A DNA stretch of 63,555 nt, counting the filler, from Reticulomyxa filosa (lineage: Eukaryota > Protista > Foraminifera): the NCBI GenBank assembly GCA_000512085.1. It is 17 parts of 17 records of this genome, joined end to end, with 100 filler letters (N's around TTAATTAATTAA, not from the genome) between each part and the next. Parts side by side here need not be neighbours in the genome. Positions count along the whole stretch, not along the records: positions 30,119 to 39,744 come from ASPP01024057.1; positions 39,845 to 41,136 come from ASPP01002013.1; positions 41,237 to 44,348 come from ASPP01018727.1; positions 44,449 to 45,884 come from ASPP01026230.1; positions 45,985 to 48,919 come from ASPP01010950.1; positions 49,020 to 54,240 come from ASPP01015422.1; 11 more parts are not named here. One strand, 5' to 3'. Shown here in pieces: positions 39,645 through 50,662 of this stretch. The position numbers and the translations under genes were made by a program. The notes under the pieces are model-generated. The model had not been told where the DNA came from. It did not search any database and saw only the letters and a program-made list of their open reading frames with translations. Within the stretch, counting starts at the first letter, position 1; every line of letters starts with the position of its first letter.

Positions 39645-40843
39645 CTGATATACAAAGCCAAACAACCAAGACGATTCAATTATTATTATTATTATTTTTT
39701 TATTTTTTTTTTTTGTTGAAAGATTTGAATAAAAAAAAAAAAAANNNNNNNNNNNNNNNNNNNNNNNNNNNNNNNNNNNNNNNNNNNNTTAATTAATTAA
39801 NNNNNNNNNNNNNNNNNNNNNNNNNNNNNNNNNNNNNNNNNNNNTGCCATTTAGGTATGGCAGTTTTTTTTGCAATCTACTGTATGTGTCAATGATGTCA
39901 TCTTATTCTTTGGTAGGTGCGGAGATTGATTATTCACACGATTATGCTTCACTATCAATTTGAATTTTTATGATGAACGTCAGCTTCCATTTACGCACAC
40001 ATTCATGACTTACACAAAATTGTTTTGAAACTTTGCGCAACTCCAGCACTGACAAAACATATCAACGGTAAGTCTTTTGTTAAAATTATCAATCCTTTAG
40101 TAATTTTTAAAAAAAAATTAAAAAACTCAAATATTGAATTAAATTTAGCTAAAAAAAAAAAGAAAAATAAAGGATAAAATATTGTAATAATTAGTAAAAA
40201 TTTAATAAAAAACTACTAACTCCAAACAAACCAAATGAAATAATTGAAAGTGCAATGATTGTAGACAATGCCACGACAATTCTACAAGTCTTTTGTGTAC
40301 AATATAAAACTGTGAGAAATTAGCGCAAATGGCTTAAAACATTCTTTCTTTTTTCTTCGTTTGTTTTTTATTTCTTGTACATTTTTTGTAATAAGAGCAT
40401 GAAATGTGATCAATCAAAAGTTCCACAAAATTGTCATAAATTCAAAATAAAACTTTATGCACATGAATTGGAACTTTGTTTGAATCATAACATCTTTATC
40501 GAATAGTTTTATTCTTTTTAGTGAAACTGAATAATTGAAAAAAAGAAATTTGTCAAATAAGATATTCATCTGATTTGGATTGCATACAATTATGGTTCAT
40601 GCTGTATTTATTGTAAATTATTTTATTGTATTTTGTAAAGAATAAAATGACTTCGGAATTGTTTTCCGTCCAATTTCACTGCCATTGTTCCAAGTGAATA
40701 TTTTTTTGTTCAATTTAAGAAAGCAAACAGCAAGAAGTGAACTGAAAAAAATATTTCAAAAAATAATAATAATTTTCACTTTAGAAAATTTTATTCAAAA
40801 GGGATATAATTAGAAAGAAAAATTGTATTAATTTGTGTGACTC

Positions 40844-41136
40844 TTAATTATCCCAAATTCGAATTGTACAATCAGTAGAACCTGATACAATTGTATTTCC
40901 ATTTTGAGATATATCAATACATCTCACAGCTTGAGAATGCCCTTCTAGTATTTGTATTCTCTTCCCTGATTCTACGTCCCATAATCGAATTGTATTATCG
41001 CTTGAACATGATACAATTGTTTGGCCATCTGGAAAATATTTTATGTCGTTTACATGATGTGAATGCTCTTTCAATATTTTCCATTCTATTTCTATTGCAA
41101 TATTCCATATTCGAATTGTTTCATCCAATGAACAAG
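40844..41136 (-). CDS. WD40-repeat protein, C-terminal end
   Basis: EHSHHVNDIKYFPDGQTIVSCSSDNTIRLWD and GHSQAVRCIDISQNGNTIVSGSTDCTIRIWD. Confidence 0.85.
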
Positions 41137-41339
41137 NNNNNNNNNNNNNNNNNNNNNNNNNNNNNNNNNNNNNNNNNNNNTTAATTAATTAANNNNNNNN
41201 NNNNNNNNNNNNNNNNNNNNNNNNNNNNNNNNNNNNAAAAAAAAAAACTAATGGAATGTTAATTTCTCTCCAAACATTTTCAAGAAAATTCTGACATATT
41301 CTAAATATCCCTTTTTTTTTTTTTTTTTGGGACAACATA

Positions 41340-42234
41340 CCACCATCCTCAGAGGAATTAAAAATTGCTAGCAAGGGCGTTGATTGTTTGCAAGCATATG
41401 CTAGTAACGCAATTCAATTGTTTGGACAATATCTCAAAGTGGGCACGCTGTTCGCCTCTGATCTGTGTTGGAGATGATCGTCAAAAAAAACAAAAACAAA
41501 AAAATTTTTTGGTGTCCTTTCCTGAGGGTGTCCACCTGTGTCCCCCTTTTTTTTGAAAAAGTTCCGTTCATAGGTAATCCATGTTTTAATCTACTCCTAT
41601 CCCTTGTAATCAACTTTCAAATCCCCTCTCCTTTCTCCCTTCTCCCTTCTCCCTCTCTTTCCTTCCTTGTTTTTGCAATAGCATGACATACCTCAATTGA
41701 CAGACTGTTTGCTCTTTCTTCAGCTCGATCGTCCATTTCTTCAAAACGTTTCTGGTTGTTATCGTCACATTCTTTTACCTGTTGCATTGTAATAAAATTT
41801 CAACAAATGATAAAACCATAAACTCTTTTATAACATTTATTTATTTTTATTTACATTGTTTGTTTATTGCAAAAGTGATTAACTAAATCTTGTGTCTCTA
41901 ATGCGGTATCTTCGACTTTGTCAATCACTTTTTTGGTATTGGCGTTGCTCGAAAAATATGAGTAGGCAACAAACACTATCAAAGCAGCAGAAGTCAGTGT
42001 TACCGCTTTTCGGGTCAGTGAGACCTCACTTCGCTCTGTTATTACATGAATGGACCGCATTACTCGTTCCTCTGAGGCCACGTTTACTTGTGGCGTTTGC
42101 AAGGAGGGCTGTGGTGGAGCGTTATCTTGTGCTCCTGCCCAATCTTTCAATTTTTGTAAGCTCTCCGCTTTTAAGAAATAGCTTGAAAGAGTTACAGCGC
42201 CAGTACCACATAACAGAAAAACTACCGGATTCAT
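41340..42234 (-). CDS. Membrane-anchored coiled-coil protein (possibly DUF1664-like); 3' truncated
   Basis: N-terminal hydrophobic segment, a second TM segment (LTSAALIVFVAYSYF), then coiled-coil exons (VKECDDNNQKRFEEMD..., IRGEQRAHFEILSKQL). Confidence 0.5.
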
Positions 42235-42516
42235 TATACCTCAATTACAAAGGGTTTTTTTGTTTGCTTTTTTTTTTCTAAACAAAAAAAGTGGACCACA
42301 AAGTTGCAAAAGTACACAAAAAAAAGTTTTATTTTTCCGTTAGTTTTATGGCCTGGAATTTCAAAAGTGTTCATTTGTCAAGAGCACGAACATTTTTTTA
42401 AATCTAGAAAAATCTCAATGTTTTTTCTATAAAAATTTTAATTTTTGCTGTTTTCAATTAATTTGCTAAAAAGATTTTTTATTTCACAAAAAAAAAATGT
42501 ACTTGTTTATTTCAGT

Positions 42517-43011
42517 TCAATTTGAGTTGGTTGAATTCTCCAGGATATAAGAGGGAATGAAACAAGACTCACGCATTTGTAAGAGATCGTCCAATAAATT
42601 CATTTTCAACAACAATGCTTTAAATTGTATTCGAACAACAGAGAGAGTGTTTTCCACAACTTTTTCAATATTGCTTTGATTTTCTTTGTTTTCAAGACCA
42701 CTAAAGTGCAGTGTTATTTTGTTCAAATGCCGAGAAATTCGACGGATAGTCATTTGAATTTTTGCACACTCTTTATCATTTGATGTATTTTCCCCGTAAT
42801 TTGACATTTCCATTTCAAATTTGCAAATAAAGGCTTGATAAAACCCCAGCTCTTCTCCCAATTTTGTTCCTTCTGCCTTTCCTTGTTCGAGTCCGTTTTG
42901 AAAGGCTTCTTCGTTTTTTAGTGCTTGTGCGCTCTGTAGCCCCTCATTGATAAATGACGATTCTAAATCTAATACAAAATCAAATGCATCATCTATCTCA
43001 TCGATATCCAT
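42517..43011 (-). CDS. LTO1: LTO1/ORAOV1-like Yae1_N domain protein (CIA adaptor for Rli1/ABCE1)
   Basis: DAFDFVLDLESSFINEG...GLEQGKAEGTKLGEELGFYQ gives the GX3 repeat and ELGFY motif. Confidence 0.8.
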   Translation of the reverse strand: MDIDEIDDAFDFVLDLESSFINEGLQSAQALKNEEAFQNGLEQGKAEGTKLGEELGFYQAFICKFEMEMSNYGENTSNDKECAKIQMTIRRISRHLNKITLHFSGLENKENQSNIEKVVENTLSVVRIQFKALLLKMNLLDDLLQMRESCFIPSYILENSTNSN

Positions 43012-43746
43012 GTCTATTTCGTAATGAAGAGATTTGGGATCTTTTTATGTAAGTCAACTTTACAAAACGGAATAAACCCCCTTTTTCGTCCTACATTTTG
43101 AATTAAATTGAAAACTTGACACTTTAACAGATGACGCAAACATAAAGAAAAGTAAATAAATTTGTCATTTTCTAGACAACCAGTACAATTCCGATTTTTA
43201 AAATTGATAGTAATATTATGCACCTACCATAAAAAAGTGAAAGAGGGCACAATAAATTTGTATAGACCCACTTTTTAGAAAATTGAAGATTCTTGTAAAT
43301 TGTGGTAGTTTCTATTCTTGAAGAAAGGGTATCATTTTGACTTTTGTTCAAAAATGTCATTTACAACTCGGAGTTGATGGTCAGCAACAACAAAAAAGTC
43401 TTTATCTAGCACGGTAAATTTAAAACCCCGGAAATGTATAAGGTACCGAAAGATGTTGTCCACAAGAGGGGCGAAAAAAAGGCAGTACAAAAAACTTCAT
43501 GTCGAAGTCAAACACAAAGCATGTCTTTGCACACCAAAAAAACAAAAAACCGAATCAAACCAAAAAAAAAAAAACTACTGATCATCCAGCATTAAAAGCA
43601 AGGGAGAGAGAAAAAAAGAAAAATATTAAAAAAACAAGATTGATCTTGCGAGCAAATAGAAGGAAAGAGGGAAAATGTAACAAGATTGCATATAAGAGCC
43701 GAACATGACATGGAGGGGGGGGGGAGCACAAAGAAAAAATTGCTGA

Positions 43747-44302
43747 TCAGTCGAAATCTTCTTCGCCGGGTTGAAAGATATCTTTTTTATCAATAGGAAT
43801 TCTTTCAAAAGTGAACCCGTAAAAATGATTTTTATCTTTTTTTACATTGAGAAGACCCCCATCAGCAGGTGGAGACGAAGCATTTTTGTCCAACTCTTCA
43901 AGACAAGCCCCACAAACCCCTTTGGGGTCAAGATTGTTAAATGACGATTGTTTTTTCTTGTGCGAGTTTTTGCGGGCTGGCTCTGTAATTCCAAGGTGGT
44001 GTTTCCCTTTCTCATCCTCATTCATATCGGGATCGGAGTCGGAATTTTGTGGATCCGGTATCGCCAATTCCACGTCTTTTACTTTGTCAAAGTACCGAAT
44101 GTCTGCGTCGTGGTCGATCACCGGCTTGAACGGAGGGCGCATCGTGCGCAAATTGTGCCACGGTACATTGCGAAAAAACGCATGTTTTTTCAGTTGATTG
44201 AAGTTCATTCGTTTGTCTCGTCCACAAATCAAGCGAAAGATGCAGTCTTTCGCCTCTTTCGACAGATTGCAGTGTTTGGGAATTCGTAAGTATTCTCGAT
44301 AT
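43747..44302 (-). CDS. NDR/LATS-type AGC protein kinase, last exon
   Basis: LSKEAKDCIFRLIC...KKHAFFRNVPW...PPFKP...DIRYFD and the hydrophobic motif FYGFTF. Confidence 0.85.
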
Positions 44303-44448
44303 CTTATTCACCACCAAATATGTACATAAACATAAAATGTATATATATNNNNNNNNNNNNNNNNNNNNNNNNNNNNNNNNNNNNNNNNNNNNTTAATTAA
44401 TTAANNNNNNNNNNNNNNNNNNNNNNNNNNNNNNNNNNNNNNNNNNNN

Positions 44449-45855
44449 AAAATGAACAGTCGAAACAAAATAATATCAACAATAAAGAATGGCGAACAAA
44501 ATTGAGCAACTTTTTTATTAAATAAGCCGAAATTGCAATATCAACAGCATTCACATGCTTTTCTTTAATAATAAGTGTTTAAATTTTATTTTTTTTAGTT
44601 TGCTTTAATTGTTAAAAGAGGTGAATTGAATCTTAATATTTCACTGAGACTTCAACACTTCGAAAACAAGGCTCAGATGATTCGGTTGAGCATTGGCATT
44701 GCTCATGTAATTCCCCCTGACCATTCCACAGGGAAGAGTCAATTTTATTTTCACAACCGTTGATTGATCTCGCCGTACAACTTTTGATATTTTAAAGGTT
44801 AAATTAAAACTTAAAATTTTTTTTCACTTGTTGTTGTTAATTGTGTGAATTTTTGATATATTTTGTTGATCTTTTCTATTTTTTATTTGTTTTCATTATA
44901 GTACTATGTTCCTTTCGGGACGAGATGCTCATTTTAACTTGGATAAGGTCTCATTCTTGCTAAAAAAAAAATGGAAATGAAAACAGTAATGGTCCACAAA
45001 AGCCAAAAAAAAGATCAATAGAAAGAGAAAGATTAGCAACGATCAAAGACAAAAGAATGAGAAATCTAATGCTGATAAAATCTTATCGCTAAGACGTGAA
45101 TTGTCAGAGATGAAACCAGCATTCCAACAATTACAATCCTTCTTGCAATCAATTAATCCAACATTGATTCAGATGGGAATTGGAAATCTATTAGATGAAA
45201 TTAATATTGCAAATACCAATAAGAAAATGGATCTATGATCGGAGTCTATTGGTATTCTAGAATAATATCAACGAATTATGAATCGTCTTTGGTGGAATGC
45301 TGTTGATATTGCAATTTCGGCTTATTTAATAAAAAAGTTGCTCAATTTTGTTCGCCATTCTTTATTGTTGATATTATTTTGTTTCGACTGTTCATTTTGG
45401 GTGTTTCGTTTGTTAACTTGTATATATCTGATCTCGCGCAAAATCGCAATATCAGATATCTGACTAGTAAAAAAAAAATTTTTTTAACGATAAAAAAAAA
45501 AATTTACTAGTTAAAAAAAATTTCTTTTTTTAGTAGTTTGAAAGCATTTTCTTTGTATCTTTGTTTTTGTTTCTGTTTTCGCCACAATCTTGTTGACGAC
45601 GAAAATCGTTGTTAATAATCGAAAATTAACTTCGAACTTCTTTCAGATACTGCTAGATGTTTCAGTATCTAGTTGTTCTGTACTTGCCTTCCTTCAAAAT
45701 ACAACTTTTTTTTCAAAAGTTTATCTCGATGACGAAGGATTTTTTTTTCTTTCAATTTTGTTCGTCATTCTTTCTTGTTAATCGACTATTCATTTTGAGT
45801 GTTATTATCTTGTATATATCTGATCTCGCGCAAAATCGCAATATCAGATATCTGA
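44449..45855. mobile_element. Inverted-repeat element (putative non-autonomous DNA transposon)
   Basis: 44449-44552 is an exact 104-bp reverse complement of 45295-45398. A 47-bp direct repeat sits at 45417-45463 and 45809-45855, and a degenerate third copy of the IR arm at ~45752-45803. Confidence 0.65.
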
Positions 45856-46144
45856 AAGTTTTCGTAAAAAGATTTTTTATCACANNNNNNNNNNNNNNNN
45901 NNNNNNNNNNNNNNNNNNNNNNNNNNNNTTAATTAATTAANNNNNNNNNNNNNNNNNNNNNNNNNNNNNNNNNNNNNNNNNNNNTTTTTTTTTGTTGAAC
46001 CATTTGAGCCTCTGAGATTATAAGGAAAATGCATTGATATTTTTTTTTTTTTTTTTTTTTGAATATTTTTAAAATATTTGTTTCTATAGTGGTGACAAAG
46101 ACCAAAAAAAAGAAAAAAGATCAAAAAAAGAAACTGGCACAGAC

Positions 46145-46630
46145 TTGAATGAAAACGATAACGATAACGAAAATGAAAATGAAAATGACAATAAAGAAAA
46201 TGAAGATGACAATAAAGAAAATGAAGATGACAATAAAGAAAATGTAGAAAATACCAACGAAGCTCAGTCGATTCAAGAGTTATTGGATAAAGGCAAAAAA
46301 AATGACTTAGATCATTCCAATTGGGCTTATGTCGAAGAAGAAATGGTCCAAGAATTGCACGACTTCGATGTCAAACAAAAAGATTATGTGTTTATCACTG
46401 TCAAAACTACCTTTCAACAATTAGTTCAATGGCTAATCCAAACCAATAATTATCAGAGATGGAATTGCTCAAAGATATTTGCTATCGAACGTCGGCACGT
46501 AGTCGAACGAAACATTGAAAAATTAGGTTATTTGAATTGGAAACCTTTGTATCCCCGACAATGTCTCATGTTTGCTGGCTTAGTCATGTCGCTGACTATG
46601 ATTTTGCTTGCTTTTATGCAAGTTGGATAA
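46145..46630 (+). CDS. Unknown protein, last exon with acidic repeat and C-terminal TM (tail-anchor-like)
   Basis: Tandem ENEDDNK 21-bp repeats, a globular segment and terminal CLMFAGLVMSLTMILLAFMQVG*. Confidence 0.55.
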   Translation: MNENDNDNENENENDNKENEDDNKENEDDNKENVENTNEAQSIQELLDKGKKNDLDHSNWAYVEEEMVQELHDFDVKQKDYVFITVKTTFQQLVQWLIQTNNYQRWNCSKIFAIERRHVVERNIEKLGYLNWKPLYPRQCLMFAGLVMSLTMILLAFMQVG

Positions 46631-47010
46631 ATTTAGCTGTATAAAACAAAATACTGTGTTTCACTTCAAAAAAACAAGAAGACCGGGAATGGGCGAGCTT
46701 TCTTTGTTTTTTTGCAAGTAATAAAATGCTTGTCAAAAACTCAAACCGTTGACTTTTTTTAAAGTGACACTTTCGCGTTTTCTTGTTGATCAGAATCTTC
46801 AACAAAATTTTTTTGTAAAACACAGCAATATTTTCAACACCATTTAGCTTTTCATCATCAGCTACAAACTCAAAAAAAATCGGAACTAAAAACAGACAAA
46901 TCAAAATTCAATTCAATACAACAAGTGCCTTCATTTTTTTTAACCATTTTCAAATCCGAAGACACTTGTCTTCGTTTTTTTGGTGGTTTATTTAACCACT
47001 GGAAAAAAAA

Positions 47011-47099
47011 GCTGGAGACAAAAATCAAAAATTTTAGTTATAAGTCAGGTGTCAAATACGTGACGCCTGAATTATGACTAAATTTTTTCGGTTTCCAGC
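47011..47099 (+). other. Long intergenic stem-loop (candidate ncRNA/pre-small-RNA or tiny foldback element)
   Basis: A 28-bp inner stem around the loop aatacg (47055-47060) plus a 9-bp outer stem gctggagac/gtttccagc. Confidence 0.5.
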
Positions 47100-47528
47100 A
47101 GATGTGCAAAATTGAGATTAGTGCTTTGTTTGTACTTGTAATTTCTATGAAAAAATAATTCTTTTACTTATCCCTTCCGTGACAAAATTGATTTAAGCCA
47201 TCTATCTTGCAGCAGGTTGCTGTTCTCCAAATAAATTTTTCATACTGGCGACTCCCGCCAACAGAACTATTTGCTATTTGAGTTATTTGACTTTAAAAGT
47301 ACAAAAATTGTCGAATATTATTTTAAATCTTCTTCAATACAGCTCTTTTTCCCTATTTTCGTGTTAAAATGAAAAGTTTGGAAAGAAATTTGTTTGTGAA
47401 TGACGTTGCTAAGGGATTGTCACGATCTCATTGCTTAGGTTTGATAATTAAAAAAAAAGAAAGACAAAACAAATACATTCTTCAAATCACTGCTGACTTG
47501 AAAAAAAAGTACAAAAGCATTATGCCTA

Positions 47529-48834
47529 CTAACTCTTGAAATCGTTGACACATATTGGTTCATCACAAGAAACAACAAATTCTCGAAGACCACTCTGAGA
47601 ATACTTCAAAGCAAGTTTATTGGCGATTTTGACGACATGTGGAACATAGGTAGGGTCGTTGAAGTACAAGTCAAATAAATGATACGAGAACGTTTGGAAG
47701 TGTCGAAGACACTGTTTAATAATATCTAGCCCATCCTCGATGATGATAAACTCAGTTGGAGTGGGTTGCCCTCCTTGACGTATGCGAAAGGGAATAATGA
47801 AAAACTGGTTTTTGAGGAAAGTCTGGCTGAAGAGTGTTCCGGAAGTGAGTGGAGCTCCATTTTCCCCATAAAATTGGGACTCTGCACTTGACTGAACAAT
47901 TACGAATTCAAGACCACAATTTTGTTCATCGCATTTGGACGACAGCATTTTTTTTACATTTGAAACTTCTTCTTTTTTGATTGTTTCTATCAGAGCTGAT
48001 GGGCGTATACCGGCCTTTTTTTTAAAAAAAAAAAAATTCGCAGTCATCACAAAGTTTAGCTTTATTGGAAGACGAATAAACAAATAAATAAATGAATGAA
48101 AAAATAAGCACCTGTAGAAAATGACTTGATCTGGATAAGCATCGTTGTGCTTGTGAAATGTATCCAGCGCGAGTGCAAGGTATTTGTCACAGCTTGGGAT
48201 CACATCATTCTGCATTGGCTCGATGCCGACTAATCGATGGACTCGAACAAAATCGGGGTCGTATGTGGACGCAAATCCGACCATTGCACTTCCCTCTGTC
48301 GTGTTAACATTGATATCCATTCCGACAAGCATCGTTTTTTTTCTTTTTAGTTGCAAAGGTCGTTCCACTTGTTTCCAGTCTATTTTCCACGGGATCCAAT
48401 TTGCTTTGGTTAATAAGCAATAGAGAGCACTACGCAAACGCTGGTTGTGTTTTGCATTCTAATTAGTACGTAAAAAAAAAAAAAAAAAAAAAGGGGGTTT
48501 ACGTATACGTGACAGGGAAAAAAAAAAAAAAAAAAAGTACATCTTCTTTGATGCATTGAACAGGAATTCTCTTTTGGCCATTCCTTCGCGACCAAGTTTG
48601 CATGCACGTGTAAGCCTGCTCATCTCGACCTCTGGTGACAACAAAGAGAGCATGAACAGGTGGTCGTGACTGTGTCACAATCGAGGATAAATACTCGTGA
48701 CAATCTCCCGAGTCGATCAAATTGGTGGTTACATATCTGCTCGGATGTAATTCTATCCCTTTGAACAGTGGGGAATCCAATAGGTTTTTTATCTTGTTTG
48801 TCACTCGAGTTCCACTTTCAAAGTTGTGTGTCAC
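47529..48834 (-). CDS. Divergent PIWI/Argonaute protein #2 (MID-PIWI; N-terminus truncated), catalytic tetrad degenerate
   Basis: MID EQAY...IPVQCI...LLTKANWIPW; PIWI TMLVGMDI, AMVGFASTYD, YPDQVIFYR|AG, PTPTEFIIIED, FQTFSYHLFDLYFN and VPHVVKIANKLA. Confidence 0.88.
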
Positions 48835-49103
48835 TACTATACTGTTGTTGTTGTTATTATTGTTGTTTGTTTCTACTGTTTTTTATATACACACATATAA
48901 TAATAAAAAAAAAAAAAAANNNNNNNNNNNNNNNNNNNNNNNNNNNNNNNNNNNNNNNNNNNNTTAATTAATTAANNNNNNNNNNNNNNNNNNNNNNNNN
49001 NNNNNNNNNNNNNNNNNNNACATATATAATTTTTTTTTATAGTGTCTCTTTTTTTTTTCCCCCCCCCCTCCTCTCCAAGTGATAAGAAGATTAAGATAAC
49101 ACA

Positions 49104-49830
49104 ATGGATATTGAACACCACAGGGGAACCGCGCTGACAAAATTGTTGCGAGTTCGCCATCGCCAAATGGAACAAAAGCGAAGAAAAGACGCAAAAAAGT
49201 TGTCCGATTTGCAATTCAGTGTGTCACGCGGGATCAAAAATCTTGATGCCCACCAAACCGAAATTCCTTTCTTCCCGCTTGACGAAGTTGAAGGCGTATG
49301 GGACACACATACCACTGCCCACTGGAAAGATGTCTACAATGTTGTCAATACTGTTGTTCACCAAGTGTCCGGGCATACCGCTTATAATTTCCGCGAAAAT
49401 ATTGTTTCGTCTATTCTTTACAAAAAAAAAAATAATAATAATAATAAATTATATGTACATACACACATATGTATGCAATTGAGTTTACTTACTTTTGCAT
49501 GTTTGATTGTTGCTTCAGCTCGTCTGCTCGGTAAAACTTCACAACCCACGCCTACAGTCAGACTCGTTAATTCAATTTGTTGTTCAAGTGTTTCGCTCAC
49601 GCGAGTTTCGCGATGGGCCAAGCCACAGCACGAGCGACAGCGAAAACGAAGCTTGCAGAGCCACTGCGGAAGTCATTTATGTTGTTCGCTTTCGACGTGT
49701 GGAAGGAGATGTCTTGGATTGGAAAAAGGTTTTGAATCAGCTGTTGTATAATAAATGTGCTGGTGTTTTAACTGGGCTACCCAAATGGGCTCGTCGACAA
49801 TTTGCAACAACTACACTTTCCAACAATTAA
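49104..49830 (+). CDS. KA1-like C-terminal domain, probably the tail of a CAMK-group kinase (5' truncated)
   Basis: IQFVVQVFRS...IYVVRFRRVEGDVLDWKKVL resembles KA1/CIPK-type tails (VxFRRxxGDxxxF). Confidence 0.5.
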
Positions 49831-50662
49831 CAAAGCAAAACTCTTCAATTTTAAACAAATCAAAATAATATCCATTCCATCCAATTCCAAACCTTCATTG
49901 AATGGCTTCGTTTTGTTCTTTTTGTTTTGGTTCGGTTTGTTTATTGTTTGTCCTCTCAGTTTGTATCTTTTTTTTTTACTCACTTGGTTCACTTTAGTTA
50001 TGTATGCTTTTTTGGCGGTGTTGTTTTTTTTTCTTAATTCTTTATATTTTTATCTTGTTTTGCGATTTGTTTGCTGGTGTTTTTGTTTTCCTTTGTCTCC
50101 GATTATTTCAAACTTGGAAATTGCTTGAAATATTGAAAAGGAGAACAAGGAAAAACTTATGTTACCTTTGAAAAAAAGGAGGTGTGACAATGATGAATAC
50201 ATGAATGGCAAACAATTTGACAAAAAAAAAAAGAACATAAAAAAACATTATTATTTTTTATTTATTTTTTCCAAAATTTTAGTTTTTTCAATCTCTGGTT
50301 TGGTTTGTCGTATTTTGTTTTTGTTCACGACTCTTCAAAGGTCTTGCGGTTAAATGTTGTCATTTAGTGAATTTTTCAAAAAAAGTTTCTCGAACATATG
50401 GATTTTTTTGTTGTTGTAATGGCAAGCAAGCCTTTTTGGTAAAATGTTAATTCGAATGTCAAGTAATTCCATTGTAGAAAAAGTTTTCTTGGTCAAATTG
50501 GGATGAGATAAAAACAGTCGTCTAAACAATGTTTTTACAATATATTATCTCTTACACGAATTACTGCAACGTGTAAAAAAAAAGTGAAATGATATTATTT
50601 TGCAACAATATTTGACAAAAGTGAAGTTGTGAAGATTTCGCATCATTAGCTTTACAAGTGAA

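Noticed and set aside
13857-48834. The two PIWI genes, VWA gene and TIR element as a physically linked cluster or prokaryotic Argonaute operon
   Set aside because: They sit on different contigs separated by artificial spacers, and both PIWI genes contain spliceosomal introns.
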